Assembly: GCA_037128175.1 (NCBI GenBank)
Contig: JBAXWY010000002.1
Span: 32,001 to 96,000, forward strand
DNA length: 64,000 bases
DNA from: Methanothrix sp.
GTDB lineage: Archaea > Halobacteriota > Methanosarcinia > Methanotrichales > Methanotrichaceae
Reading direction: 5' to 3'
The notes below the pieces were generated by a model. It was not told the DNA's origin and searched no databases. It saw only the letters and a program-made list of their open reading frames with translations. Of the stretch, positions 29,966 through 40,319 are shown in pieces. How positions within the stretch are numbered: position 1 is the stretch's first letter; each line of letters starts with the position of its first letter. Position numbers and translations under genes: made by a program.

Positions 29966-31458
29966 TTGCCCCCCAAGAGGGCGGCATCTACTGCCTTCAA
30001 CAGGCCTTTTCGCAGTCTTTCCCCCTTGATGCTCTTTAATTTAGCCATACGCTCTGCCAGAGGCGCATCTGCGAGGCTGGTCGCGGCCCAGATGGCCAGG
30101 TCCCCCCGGCTATTATGATAGTGCAGTGATTCGATAGATACGGTTTTTAAAATATTTTGCAGGCCGGCTAAGCTCCAGGCAACCTCTCCCGTGAACTGAT
30201 CCGTGTCTGTGGCAAAACGGAAGGGTGAATCGGCCAGGTGGGTCCTCATCTTAAGACGGTAGTGCAGGTCACATAGAACGCTAAAGTAAGTGACGGAGGC
30301 ATCATAAGGGATGCCGTAGGGGCTGAAGTAGCTGTGCACCTCTCCTGGGCCCCCGCCGTGAGTGAAAATGTAATAGAGATGATCGGATAAGAGAAGCGTC
30401 CTCCAAATCTGCAGAAGCTCTGGATCCCGGCTCTCTTTGACCGGCGCTTCGAGTCGCTTTTGGTAGATGAAGCAGGCCTGCTGCAAGGCATTTCCCAGCC
30501 AGCAGCTCGTATCCCTCTCCAGGTCCGCCCAGGAGACATAATTTGGCACAGATAACTCTCTTTCTGGAGGAGTGTCGCGGGCGATCTCGGCAGGCGTGGC
30601 AAAGCGGAGGTTCTCATGCCGGAGAACCTCTTTTGGCAGAACACGCAGGAACTCAAAGATGCCCGTGTCCGCCCACTGATGCTCGCCAAAGGTCTCATAG
30701 TCGCAGAAGATGTTTATGCACTGGCCGGGGGTGGCGGCGAGCCAGTTGGCATACTTGTCAGCAGTGAGAGGGTACTCTTCCCAGCTACGCGAGGAGAAGC
30801 GAAAGCCTATGTCGTCTGTGAGCTTGAAATTACGAAGCAGCAAAGATATGCCGGTTTGGGGTGGCCGGTAAACGTAATTGGGGTCGGCCACCACGCCCTC
30901 GGTGAAGACGGCCCGGTATCCCATGCTCTCGACCATTCCCGCAATCTCGTCATTGTAAATCAGCTCCGTATTCTCGAAGGTAGTAGGATAGAGCCCAAAA
31001 ATGTCCCAGATAAGCTCCTTATGCATCTTGACCTGCTCGAAAAATTCGCTTTTATCCTCGAAGAGGCTGGCCAAAGAGTGATAGTAGGTCTGCCCCATCA
31101 CCTCCACCCCGCCCGTCTCCACCAGCTTGACAAAGGAGTCCAAAACCTCGGGACGGTAGGCACGGCACTGCTCCAGGAAGACGCCAGAGAAGCTGTAAGC
31201 GACCTTAAAGGGCCTCTCCGATCCCTCATGCTTTCTAATGCACTCCAAGATCACCTCGTTGGCAGGCAGATAGCATTTGTCGGATACGCGCTCAAAGATC
31301 CTCCGATTCTCGGAATCATCGAAATAAAACTCCCGCAAATTGGGCACAGCCTCCCTTAGGGGGGAGCGATCCCAGAAGAAATTTTTCTTGAGCCGCAGCG
31401 GCTGGTGGACCTCAAAGCATAGGGATACGAGGGTCATGTTTTCTATATCCGGCTGCAA
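29962..31458 (-). CDS. GH57 alpha-amylase with C-terminal extra domain
   Basis: FEVHQP, CYLP, TYYHSL, NTEL, DYETFGEHQ, SWAD, SDHLYY. Confidence 0.92.
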   Translation of the reverse strand: MQPDIENMTLVSLCFEVHQPLRLKKNFFWDRSPLREAVPNLREFYFDDSENRRIFERVSDKCYLPANEVILECIRKHEGSERPFKVAYSFSGVFLEQCRAYRPEVLDSFVKLVETGGVEVMGQTYYHSLASLFEDKSEFFEQVKMHKELIWDIFGLYPTTFENTELIYNDEIAGMVESMGYRAVFTEGVVADPNYVYRPPQTGISLLLRNFKLTDDIGFRFSSRSWEEYPLTADKYANWLAATPGQCINIFCDYETFGEHQWADTGIFEFLRVLPKEVLRHENLRFATPAEIARDTPPERELSVPNYVSWADLERDTSCWLGNALQQACFIYQKRLEAPVKESRDPELLQIWRTLLLSDHLYYIFTHGGGPGEVHSYFSPYGIPYDASVTYFSVLCDLHYRLKMRTHLADSPFRFATDTDQFTGEVAWSLAGLQNILKTVSIESLHYHNSRGDLAIWAATSLADAPLAERMAKLKSIKGERLRKGLLKAVDAALLGGK

Positions 31459-31562
31459 AATATTTACATCCTTCGCGTGGCCTTCTCAATTATCCTCAAA
31501 TGAGCAAAAGATATAAATCCTCGAACTTATTTCTTAGTTGCTCCTGTGGGGGAATCAGGTAA

Positions 31563-31835
31563 ATGTTATTTGGAATGACAATGATCAAAGTTAGCTCTGG
31601 CCAGGAAAGATCGGTTTATGCCAATCTGCAAAAAAGGCCGGAAGTAAGGGACGTCTATCGTCTCTTTGGAGAGTATAGCTTCTTTCTAGTTATGCAGGCA
31701 GAAGAGAGAAATGGACTCTCCCGAATGCTTAGCGATATAAAAGAACGAGAGAATGTCATCAAGACCGGACCCTTCCTTCTCAGCGCAGAAGAGGGCGGCC
31801 CGAAGATGGACAGAACAGATTTCTTCTTTGGGTAA
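31563..31835 (+). CDS. Stand-alone Lrp/AsnC ligand-binding (RAM) domain protein
   Basis: IKVSSGQE...PEVRDVYRLFGEYSF. Confidence 0.75.
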   Translation: MLFGMTMIKVSSGQERSVYANLQKRPEVRDVYRLFGEYSFFLVMQAEERNGLSRMLSDIKERENVIKTGPFLLSAEEGGPKMDRTDFFFG

Positions 31836-31883
31836 AATCATCAGGTCCCTCGCTGTTTCGAGTGAGTCTCTATTCGGTAAAGA

Positions 31884-32321
31884 TTATCCTTTAGCGTTTT
31901 CGTCCGAGCAGCCAGTCTCCAGCAGAGGCGCAAACTTGGTACCGTAGTAGATTATGCCCTTGTCACCCTCTTTTCCCAGTATGCGAAATACAGGCCGTAC
32001 AAGCATGCCGATTTTCACACCCGCTGAGCTGGATACGATCTGACCGGTAATCTTGGGCCCCTCATCCAGTTGGATGATGGCCAGGTTATAGGGCGTCAGC
32101 CTCTCGAAATCCTCGGTGGCAGTATAGATGGTAGTGTAGGTGATGACACTGCCCGTTCCCTTGAAGGTGTAATCCTCTAAATGTGCCCCGCGACGGCAGT
32201 TAGGGCAGAGGTTTCTGGGAGGAAAGAAGTATTCATTGCAGCAAGTGCAGTGTGTCCCGGAAAGATTGTATCTTTGCGGTATGCTTCTCCAGAATCTGGG
32301 TGCTTGGTTTGTCATCATCAC
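31884..32321 (-). CDS. DUF35 Zn-ribbon/OB-fold scaffold of the thiolase-HMGS complex
   Basis: PRFWR, CxxC...[17 protein letters not shown]; operon context. Confidence 0.9.
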   Translation of the reverse strand: MMMTNQAPRFWRSIPQRYNLSGTHCTCCNEYFFPPRNLCPNCRRGAHLEDYTFKGTGSVITYTTIYTATEDFERLTPYNLAIIQLDEGPKITGQIVSSSAGVKIGMLVRPVFRILGKEGDKGIIYYGTKFAPLLETGCSDENAKG

Positions 32322-33481
32322 CTCGAAAATATGTGGACCAGGGCCGTTCCGCCCGAACCGCCCACATTGTGGGCCAGGCCCACCTCCGCCTCATCCACCT
32401 GACGCTTGCCTGCCTTCCCGCGAAGTTGCAGGACGATCTCGTAGGCCTGCTTTATTCCTGTAGCGCCCACGGGATGGCCGCAGGCCTTCAGCCCTCCGGA
32501 GGTGTTGATGGGAATGCTGCCGCTGAGGGCCGTCATACCATCCTGTGTGGCTTTGCCGCCCTGGCCCTTCTCCACAAATCCCAGGTCCTCTATGGCCAAG
32601 ATCTCCCCGATGGTAAAGCAGTCATGCACCTCGGCCACGTCAACGTGGCGCGGCTCGATCCCGGCCTGGGTGAAGGCAGAGCGTCCGGCATGAACGGTGG
32701 CGTCCAATGTGGTCAGATCGCGACGATCATGCAAAGCCAGAGTATCGCTCGCCTGGGCACTGCCCACGATCTTTATGGGCTCTTCGGAAAACCGTCTCGC
32801 TATTTCCGTAGGGGCAAGCACCAATGCCGCCGCTCCATCGGAGATGGGAGAGCAGTCCAGGACATGCAGAGGGTCCGCCACCATAGGAGACTTAGACACA
32901 TCATCAATGGTTATCTCCATGTGATACTGGGCTATGGGATTCATGCAGGCATGGTGGTGATTTTTCACCGCCACCTGGGCCATCTGGTCGTGGGTTGTGC
33001 CATAGCGGCGCATGTGCAGCTTGGCCATCATGGCATAGAGCGCAGGGAAGGTAGCGCCAAAGAAGCACTCCCATTCCCGGTCCGCTGCCGCGGCCAGGGC
33101 GTCGGCGGCGGTGCCGGTGGAGACATCGGTCATCTTCTCCACGCCCGCCGCGATGACAATATCACTGTAGCCGCTGGCCACCGCCAGCACCGCCTGACGT
33201 AGCGCCAGGCCCCCGGAGGCACAGGCCGCTTCCACGCGCGTGGAGGGCACGTGCAGGCGGGAGAGGCCGGCGCAGTCGGCGATGAGCGCCCCGATGTGCT
33301 CCTGCTCGATGAACCGGCCGGCGCTCATGTTGCCCACGTAGAGCGCGTCGATCTGCTCACCGGTGATCTCGGCATCCCCAATGGCCATCACACCGGCCTC
33401 AGCGATCATGTCGCGCAAAGAGACATCCCATCGCTCTCCGAACTTGGTGCAGCCTACACCAATTATGGATACGGATCTCAT
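32318..33481 (-). CDS. Acetoacetyl-CoA thiolase
   Basis: [34 protein letters not shown]. Confidence 0.95.
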   Translation of the reverse strand: MRSVSIIGVGCTKFGERWDVSLRDMIAEAGVMAIGDAEITGEQIDALYVGNMSAGRFIEQEHIGALIADCAGLSRLHVPSTRVEAACASGGLALRQAVLAVASGYSDIVIAAGVEKMTDVSTGTAADALAAAADREWECFFGATFPALYAMMAKLHMRRYGTTHDQMAQVAVKNHHHACMNPIAQYHMEITIDDVSKSPMVADPLHVLDCSPISDGAAALVLAPTEIARRFSEEPIKIVGSAQASDTLALHDRRDLTTLDATVHAGRSAFTQAGIEPRHVDVAEVHDCFTIGEILAIEDLGFVEKGQGGKATQDGMTALSGSIPINTSGGLKACGHPVGATGIKQAYEIVLQLRGKAGKRQVDEAEVGLAHNVGGSGGTALVHIFSR

Positions 33482-34515
33482 ATTCTCAGCTTGCCCTTAT
33501 GCTTGGCATACATGGCATAATCAAGATACTCGGCCTCGCCGATATAGTCGCGAACGCTTGGCGCACCGCAGCGGATATCATCAATTTTATCTTTCACACT
33601 TATGCTGAAGGCGTCGCTTCCCGCACCAGAGCCGAAGCTGGTCACAAAGATGCGCTCACCAGGCTGTGCGATGTCCAAAGTGGCGGCAAGACCAATGAGG
33701 CAGGACGCCGAGTAGGTGTTACCGATCAATGGCACAATCAATCCCGGCTCGATCTGCTTTTTGGAAAAGCCCAGCATCCTGGCCACGCGGACGGGAAACT
33801 TGCCATTGGGCTGGTGAAATACGGCATAATCATAATCCTCAGGGGCGCTGCCCAGCCGTTCCAGTAGGCCGCGCGCAGCACCAGTCACATGTTTGAAGTA
33901 GGCCGGCTCGCCCGTGAATCTTCCCCCATGCTCCGGATAGGCCATGCCTTCCCGTCTCCAGAAATCAGGGGTGTCGGTTGTGAAAGAATAAGTGCCCTCG
34001 ATCTCTGCGACCACATCTTTGCTTCCTATCAGATAGGCCGCTCCACCGGCTGCGGCCGTATATTCCAGCATATCTCCCGGAGCGCCCTGGCTCACATCCG
34101 CGCCTATGGCCAGGCCCAGATCAATTAGATTGGAGCTGACAAGGCCCAGGCACGCCTGAAGGGCAGCGGTGCCCGCTTTACAGGCAAACTCGAAGTCCGC
34201 AGCCGTAAAAGAGGATGAGGTGCATACGGCCTGGCCAACTATAGTGGCGGTGGGCTTCACGGCATAAGGATGGCTCTCCGAGCCGGCATAAATGGCACCG
34301 ATCCTTTTCGGATCAATTCTGGCGCGCTGCAAGGCATTTCTTGCCGCTTCCACGGCTATGGTCACCGTATCCTCATCCAGATCGGGCACGGATTTCTCGA
34401 AGACCTGCAGACCCTCTGAGATCTCTTCTCCGTCCCCCCAAACCCGAGCAATCTCGTCCAGCCTTATGCGAAATCGCGGGATATAGACCCCATAACTTAC
34501 AATACCAGAGACCAA
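33478..34515 (-). CDS. HMG-CoA synthase
   Basis: [39 protein letters not shown]. Confidence 0.95.
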   Translation of the reverse strand: MVSGIVSYGVYIPRFRIRLDEIARVWGDGEEISEGLQVFEKSVPDLDEDTVTIAVEAARNALQRARIDPKRIGAIYAGSESHPYAVKPTATIVGQAVCTSSSFTAADFEFACKAGTAALQACLGLVSSNLIDLGLAIGADVSQGAPGDMLEYTAAAGGAAYLIGSKDVVAEIEGTYSFTTDTPDFWRREGMAYPEHGGRFTGEPAYFKHVTGAARGLLERLGSAPEDYDYAVFHQPNGKFPVRVARMLGFSKKQIEPGLIVPLIGNTYSASCLIGLAATLDIAQPGERIFVTSFGSGAGSDAFSISVKDKIDDIRCGAPSVRDYIGEAEYLDYAMYAKHKGKLRI

Positions 34516-34521
34516 GAGATT

Positions 34522-35241
34522 TCACCCTTTGCTCAGAGCACTAGAGATATCGTCAACGGAAAAATGTGTCGTTAAAAGAGGAATATTCTCGATCTGGGCG
34601 ATTCTAATGGCAATGGGACTAACTTCGGACGGCATTATCCCCTGCAAGATTACGGCGCCGGGCTTGAGGTTGCTGACCCGCACCGCCACCATGGGCGATT
34701 TGCCCGAGTGAACGCCCGTGAATATCAGGACACGAGCCGTGCTGCGTCCGTAGATCTTCTGGAACTGGTCGGGAAGCATCTCAATGATGGCCTTCATGCT
34801 ATCTATTATCGTATAGCCCCAGATGGTGATATCCGTGCGGCCGAAGATGACATCGGCATTCAGTTTTTCGACAATGGTCGCGAGGTGGATGGGATCCTGG
34901 TACTCGCAGACGCTGCAGATGGAGTCCAGGCCTAAAATGTCGCCCCACATGTTTTCGTAGGCGCGCAGAACATTGCAGCCGCGGCTCTCATCTATGCGCA
35001 GGAGCGCATCAATGATCTTGCTCACGATCATTATGCCGGGGGACTTTCGCCTGCCGCTCTCATAATCAGAGATCACGGAAGGAGACATGCCCATATGATT
35101 GGACAGATCGGTCTGGGTTATGGCGAAGTTTCTGCGCCATTTCCTCAGGGTATCACCAGGACTAGTGGAAAGGGTGATCTCTCCTGCGATCTTCTCGGCC
35201 AGTAATCCTCGTGCGTTGGAGATCTCCCCACCGGAATTCAT
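34522..35241 (-). CDS. XRE-HTH transcriptional regulator with DRTGG-like C-terminus
   Basis: IAGEITLS...LRKWR, SPSVISDYESGRRKSPG, GKSPMVAVRV. Confidence 0.85.
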   Translation of the reverse strand: MNSGGEISNARGLLAEKIAGEITLSTSPGDTLRKWRRNFAITQTDLSNHMGMSPSVISDYESGRRKSPGIMIVSKIIDALLRIDESRGCNVLRAYENMWGDILGLDSICSVCEYQDPIHLATIVEKLNADVIFGRTDITIWGYTIIDSMKAIIEMLPDQFQKIYGRSTARVLIFTGVHSGKSPMVAVRVSNLKPGAVILQGIMPSEVSPIAIRIAQIENIPLLTTHFSVDDISSALSKG

Positions 35242-35328
35242 AAATCAACAACTGGTTAAACTAGGATATAAATCTAGCGAAAATAATTCGGCATTCAACG
35301 TAAGAATAAAATTCAATCAAAAAAGAAG

Positions 35329-35426
35329 TGCGTCGACCGGGATTCGAACCCGGGTTGTAGGCTTGCTTCGCAGAGAATCAAAATCTGCCTGGAAGGCCCA
35401 AGTCATAACCACTAGACCATCGACGC
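35329..35426 (-). tRNA. tRNA-Gly(TCC) with 26-nt intron at 37/38
   Basis: GCGTCGA/TCGACGC acceptor stem; TGGGC-CTTCCA[GGCAGATTTTGATTCTCTGCGAAGCA]A-GCCTA; CTTC/GAAG bulge-helix-bulge. Confidence 0.93.
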
Positions 35427-35537
35427 CCGCCCCTTAGGTTGCAGAGGTTGAACTTAACTGTTTCGATCCAAAATCCAAACGTCCATCAGATACTTTGATA
35501 TAAGGGAGAGAACGCGAAAACGATTCAGGAAATACGA

Positions 35538-36074
35538 ATGAATGCCCTGATCATTGCCTTCTGGCTGATGCTGCCCGCATACATACCCAATAACTGTGCC
35601 GCACTCTTCGGCGGAGGCATGCCTCTGGATGGGGGCCGGATCTTCTCGGACGGGCGGCGCATACTGGGCGACGGCAAGACCTTTCGGGGAACCTTCGCGG
35701 GAACCGTCTGCGGCGTTCTGGCCGGGCTCTTGCAAAACATGGTCGCACCCTATGTCGGCCTGCCAACTTTTGGCAGCGGCTATGAGCAATTATTCATTCT
35801 CCTGGCCCTCTCCCTGGGAGCGATGCTGGGAGATATCGTGGCGGCATTCTTCAAGCGCCGCATGGGTCTGCAGCGCGGTGCACCCCTTTTTATCATAGAT
35901 CAGCTCGATTTTGTCATTGGAGCTTGGCTTCTCACATTGATCATTGCACCGGACTGGTTTATGCAGCATTTTACTATTACTATAATATTAATAGTATTAC
36001 TAATAACCCCTGTACTGCACCGGGTTACAAATATCATCGGCTACAAAATGGGTGCGAAGAGAGAACCCTGGTAA
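35538..36074 (+). CDS. carS: CDP-archaeol synthase
   Basis: PAYIPN, PLDGG, LGDGKT, GD..AAFFKRR, DQLDF, K.EPW. Confidence 0.93.
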   Translation: MNALIIAFWLMLPAYIPNNCAALFGGGMPLDGGRIFSDGRRILGDGKTFRGTFAGTVCGVLAGLLQNMVAPYVGLPTFGSGYEQLFILLALSLGAMLGDIVAAFFKRRMGLQRGAPLFIIDQLDFVIGAWLLTLIIAPDWFMQHFTITIILIVLLITPVLHRVTNIIGYKMGAKREPW

Positions 36075-36301
36075 GTTAACAATTGTGTTTTTGCCTTTCT
36101 TGTGGGCCATAGCTCACTTTTTTGCCATAAAGGTCCTGTTGTCACTTTGTTTCACCTGCATTAGATAGCGATGAGCAAGATATTTTCCCTGTCTGCCATC
36201 GCGAAAGGTTTATAAGTTTAGGTAATTGATACCGAGAGCGTCATAGCCAATTTTATCCTGAAACAGCATGAAATTGGTGAAATGAAAAGGAGGAGGAATA
36301 C

Positions 36302-37207
36302 ATGGACGCATTTGGCATGGGGATCTGTGCTGCGGCTGGTGCTCTTGCGTTTGTTGCGGGTGCTTCTGAGGATATCGATTCGGATATTGGTTCTCAAAGC
36401 AATCCCAACTCACAAGTTCAGTTGGCTGCCCAGGTAGGAAATCCCCACCGGATTTATAATAAGGCCATTGCAGGCGAGCCACCATCGAATGCTTTGTGGT
36501 GTGCGGTTGCATGTCTCATGGCTTATGTGCTCATCGAAGGCTATCATATGCCTTTGCTCTTTGCAGCAGTTGCTGGTGCTTCATTAGCCGCTCTATTCGA
36601 CGGCGTTATGTCTCTTAGCGCTTACCTAGGACGGTCTGCCAGCCAGGCCAGGTTCAATCAGTGGATATACCTGGATATTATCAGGTACACAACGCCTTCC
36701 ATCATGGCGCATGTGTGGATAACGTCGTTTTGCATAACCCTGATAGCAATTATTCAGGTCTACGTGCTCACGCCACATCATCCCTTCCCGATTCCCGTTA
36801 TTGGCCTCATTTGGGGCATAACTGTGGGAGCTATCGGATCATCTGTGGGTGATATTCACTACGGTGGCGAGCGCGAGTTCCAGTGGAGGCTTTTCGGACA
36901 GGGCCTCAACACTATGCTCTCCGGACAGATCGTCAGGAAAGCAGAAGCTGGCCTGAGAAATTCTATTGATAACGCATGGTTTTGCGCCAAGTTCGGCGGT
37001 CCGTGCACGGGTCTAGGCTTTGGCCTGACAGTGTTCCTGGACAACTGGAGAACAACGGTCTTTGATCCCGTTACCCAGGCAACTTATGCCATCGCGATGG
37101 GATGTTTCTTTGTACTTGCTATGAACTTATATAATCTTTATATGGAAATCTCCGCGAGGAAGAAGTACGGGCCATATCCAGGCTATAAGGGGGACATTGC
37201 AGCATGA
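36302..37207 (+). CDS. mtrE: Methyl-H4M(S)PT:CoM methyltransferase subunit E
   Basis: EDIDSDIGSQSNPNSQVQLA, GDIHYGGER. Confidence 0.97.
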   Translation: MDAFGMGICAAAGALAFVAGASEDIDSDIGSQSNPNSQVQLAAQVGNPHRIYNKAIAGEPPSNALWCAVACLMAYVLIEGYHMPLLFAAVAGASLAALFDGVMSLSAYLGRSASQARFNQWIYLDIIRYTTPSIMAHVWITSFCITLIAIIQVYVLTPHHPFPIPVIGLIWGITVGAIGSSVGDIHYGGEREFQWRLFGQGLNTMLSGQIVRKAEAGLRNSIDNAWFCAKFGGPCTGLGFGLTVFLDNWRTTVFDPVTQATYAIAMGCFFVLAMNLYNLYMEISARKKYGPYPGYKGDIAA

Positions 37208-37905
37208 GCCTTGTCTTTGATACTAATATGCTCATTTATATGCTGGAGATCGTAGTTGGAGGTCTCCTGGTGAGCGTAGGCGTACATTTTGTGCCTGTGG
37301 GCGGCGCGCCGGCAGCTATGGCGCAGGCTACAGGTATCGGTACAGGTACGGTTACCCTGGCAGCAGGCTCGGGTCTGACCGGTCTATTATCCGCCGGTTT
37401 GATGATGTCTGTCACAGATAATATCTGGCCGATTCTGGCTACAGGCGCTGTGGGCTCCATGATCATGATGGATGCCACAATGCTGACTGGCGACTTCATC
37501 TACTCCTACGCCGTTGGCTGTCCTTATGCCTCGGCCAAGGTCAACTACGACCCCATAACCATGTTTCCCCAGCCGCCTTATGTGGCTCCGGGAACGGTAG
37601 GTCAGGGCATCCCCACGGTATGCTTCGTGAGCGGCACCATTGGCGCTCTCTTAGGCGGCGTCGGAGGAGCCATGATCTACTACCCATGTCTGCAAATCGG
37701 CGGGAATCCTGCGCAAGCAGCTATCTTCGCCATAGGCATATTCTTCGTGCAAGCTGTAATTCCCTCCTGGAACATTCAGGGAACTATCGAAGGATTCCAC
37801 GACCCCAAGTTCAAGAAGTGGCCCCTGGCATTCAAGGCAAGCTTGGTTGCAGGAATACTCTTGGCTATTATGACGGTGCTTATCCAGCCCTTGGGAGGTG
37901 CTTAA
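37204..37905 (+). CDS. mtrD: Mtr subunit D
   Basis: VHFVPVGGAPAAMAQATGIGTGT, GTIEGFHDPKF. Confidence 0.97.
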   Translation: MSLVFDTNMLIYMLEIVVGGLLVSVGVHFVPVGGAPAAMAQATGIGTGTVTLAAGSGLTGLLSAGLMMSVTDNIWPILATGAVGSMIMMDATMLTGDFIYSYAVGCPYASAKVNYDPITMFPQPPYVAPGTVGQGIPTVCFVSGTIGALLGGVGGAMIYYPCLQIGGNPAQAAIFAIGIFFVQAVIPSWNIQGTIEGFHDPKFKKWPLAFKASLVAGILLAIMTVLIQPLGGA

Positions 37906-38719
37906 GATGGATCAGCTAAAAGGATTCAAATTGGAGCCCAAGCAACTGAGGATGTACGGCATAATCGGGTCAGTAGTTGGAATATATCTGACTGTGGGCC
38001 TTAACGCTATGACAGGAACGAAGGTATTCTCCTTCATAGGATGCATTGCAGCCTTATTTGCAGTGCTGTGGGGAGCAAACTCCATCCGCAGAATCTGTTC
38101 CTATGGTCTCGGTACAGGAGTACCCGCCATGGGAATGCTGTGCACGGGAATGGCGTGTGTGGCTGCCGTGTTCGGCCTGAACATCGCCGGTAGGATCGGA
38201 TTCGAGTGGGGCGGTGTAATCATTACTTTGGTTTATGCCATGATCTTCGGGTATGTCGTTGGCACCCTCTGTAATAAGGTAATGAAATTCAACATCCCCA
38301 TCATGGAAGAAGGACTGATGGACGGCTCCGGCGCATGCACCATGGCAGTACTTGCCTGGAGCGTTAGCCTATCCGGATCTCTATCGTACAACGAGATCAT
38401 CGCCACCGTTTACAACACCGGCTTTTTGGCAGTCATCTTCATCCTGGGAGGCATGGCCCTATTCCATCCGTTCAACGCCAACCTGGGACCTGATGAGAAG
38501 CAGGACAGGACGCTCATCGATGGTATGATGGTCGGCGGACTGGCCATGTTTGGACTTGGCATATGCTCCATAGTGACGATCGGATTTGCTCCGGCAATGC
38601 TGACGATAGTAGTGGGCTTTGCACTCTGGTACTACTTCTTTGTCTGGTACTTCAGACTGGCAAAGAGAGATGCTGCCGCAGTGGTAGGAACCGGGCTTCT
38701 GCCCCCGAGCGCGCTATAA
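37898..38719 (+). CDS. mtrC: Mtr subunit C
   Basis: SYGLGTGVP, HPFNANLGPDE, KRDA. Confidence 0.96.
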   Translation: MLKMDQLKGFKLEPKQLRMYGIIGSVVGIYLTVGLNAMTGTKVFSFIGCIAALFAVLWGANSIRRICSYGLGTGVPAMGMLCTGMACVAAVFGLNIAGRIGFEWGGVIITLVYAMIFGYVVGTLCNKVMKFNIPIMEEGLMDGSGACTMAVLAWSVSLSGSLSYNEIIATVYNTGFLAVIFILGGMALFHPFNANLGPDEKQDRTLIDGMMVGGLAMFGLGICSIVTIGFAPAMLTIVVGFALWYYFFVWYFRLAKRDAAAVVGTGLLPPSAL

Positions 38720-38732
38720 GGAGGAGGAGAAA

Positions 38733-39092
38733 ATGGGAGTTGTTAGAGTATCACCTGAACTGGGTCTGCTATTTGACCCAATCAAGGGAACAGTCTCACA
38801 GGAGAGGGAGGACGTCGTTCAGTACGCGCTCGATCCGCTCTATCCTAAGATTGAGAGGCTGGACAGGATAGCGCAGGATATGATGAACCAACTGGGGCCG
38901 GACAGCGAACTCATGGAGTCCTACGCCAACAGAGGCAAAGCCTCTTACATCGGCGGCCTCTACACCAACATCTGGGCGGGCTTAATCATCGGCCTGGTAG
39001 TGGCATTCGTCATCCTGATCAGCTCGCTGTTCGCCACGCCGGAAGGAATCGCGATAGTAAGAGCCGCAGTAACGCATACGGGAGGCATGTGA
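38733..39092 (+). CDS. mtrB: Mtr subunit B
   Basis: VRVSPEL..FDP..G; C-terminal TM; operon position. Confidence 0.93.
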   Translation: MGVVRVSPELGLLFDPIKGTVSQEREDVVQYALDPLYPKIERLDRIAQDMMNQLGPDSELMESYANRGKASYIGGLYTNIWAGLIIGLVVAFVILISSLFATPEGIAIVRAAVTHTGGM

Positions 39093-39093
39093 G

Positions 39094-39831
39094 ATGGTGC
39101 TTAAGAAGAAGCCTACCGATCCTTGGCCGCTGATCACAGGCGAGTATGAAGTTGGAAATCCGGAAAGCCCGGTGGCCGTCTGTACCTGCGGATCGCATCT
39201 CAAGGCCTCCGAGCTGTTCGCTGCCGGTGCCGGTCTGGTTGGACCCTGCAAGACAGAGAACATCGGAATAGAGAAGATGACCGCTAATCTGGTCTCCAAT
39301 CCCAACATCAGATACCTGATCATTACGGGAATGGAGGTCAAAGGGCATATCACCGGCCAGGCTGTAGAAGCCTTCCTCAAAGACGGTATAGATAAGGAGG
39401 GAAAGATTGTCGGGGCCACGGGCGCCATTCCCTTCATCCAGAACCTGAACGAGGAGTCCATAGAGCGGATCAAAACGCAGGTCCAGCCTATCATGATGAT
39501 GGACACCGAGGACATGGGCGCTATCAAGGCCAAGATCCAGGAGCTGGTCTCCAAGGATCCGGGGGCCTTAGACGTCGAGCCCATGAGAATAGAGATCAGC
39601 AGAGGCGGAGACGAAGAGGAAGATCACGGACCCAGGCCATTGGCAGCCGAAGTTGTCGAGATCAGAGACAGAATCAGAATTCAGCAATCCGCAATTACTG
39701 TCGATGGTCTCCTCAACAAGCTGCAAGCGGGCATTTATGCAGGAAAGATGGAAGGCCTTGCCCTAGGCATGACCATTGTCCTGATCCTCTTCGGCTTAAT
39801 CCTGAGGATCGCACCCAAAGGAGGGATCTAG
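39094..39831 (+). CDS. mtrA: Mtr subunit A (corrinoid protein)
   Basis: WP...GEY.VG, CKTENIGIEK, EVKGH.TGQ, GAIPF. Confidence 0.97.
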   Translation: MVLKKKPTDPWPLITGEYEVGNPESPVAVCTCGSHLKASELFAAGAGLVGPCKTENIGIEKMTANLVSNPNIRYLIITGMEVKGHITGQAVEAFLKDGIDKEGKIVGATGAIPFIQNLNEESIERIKTQVQPIMMMDTEDMGAIKAKIQELVSKDPGALDVEPMRIEISRGGDEEEDHGPRPLAAEVVEIRDRIRIQQSAITVDGLLNKLQAGIYAGKMEGLALGMTIVLILFGLILRIAPKGGI

Positions 39832-39833
39832 AA

Positions 39834-40070
39834 ATGGCAGAGGAGAAAGAGGTTGTCTACGGCCAGGGATATCCCACGGTTGTCATGACCCAAGAAGGGT
39901 ACTTCGATGACATTGTAGAGGACATCAAGTATAAGGGCCAGCTCCTGGCCAGAGAGACGAAAATGAGCTCAGGAGTTCTTTCCACCGTTTCGATGGGATT
40001 CTTCACCGGTTTCATCATCGCACTCTTGATGATGATCGGGCCGTTCTTCATATTTCAGGGGGGGCTGTGA
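39834..40070 (+). CDS. mtrF: Mtr subunit F
   Basis: VEDIKYKGQLLARE...SG plus TM. Confidence 0.92.
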   Translation: MAEEKEVVYGQGYPTVVMTQEGYFDDIVEDIKYKGQLLARETKMSSGVLSTVSMGFFTGFIIALLMMIGPFFIFQGGL

Positions 40071-40073
40071 GCC

Positions 40074-40319
40074 ATGGCTGAAGAAGGAAGACAGGTAGTA
40101 CCCGTCGCGGTTGTCGATCCGGAACAGTTCAACCAGCTTATGGCCAGGTTGGATAAGATCGATGAGAAGATCGAGTTCTACTCAGGCGAGAAGTTCCTGC
40201 GGGCAGGCAAGTCTATCGGCAGGGATCTAGGTACCGCCTACGGTGTTTGCGCAGGATTGATCATTATACTGGCATATGTGCTGTTCGTATATGCCGGTAA
40301 CTGGACAAGGGTGATTTAA
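40074..40319 (+). CDS. mtrG: Mtr subunit G
   Basis: RLDKIDEKIEF...GRDLG.AYG. Confidence 0.95.
   Translation: MAEEGRQVVPVAVVDPEQFNQLMARLDKIDEKIEFYSGEKFLRAGKSIGRDLGTAYGVCAGLIIILAYVLFVYAGNWTRVI

Noticed and set aside
31884-34515. HMGS-thiolase-DUF35 cluster as a novel system
   Set aside because: Established archaeal mevalonate-pathway complex
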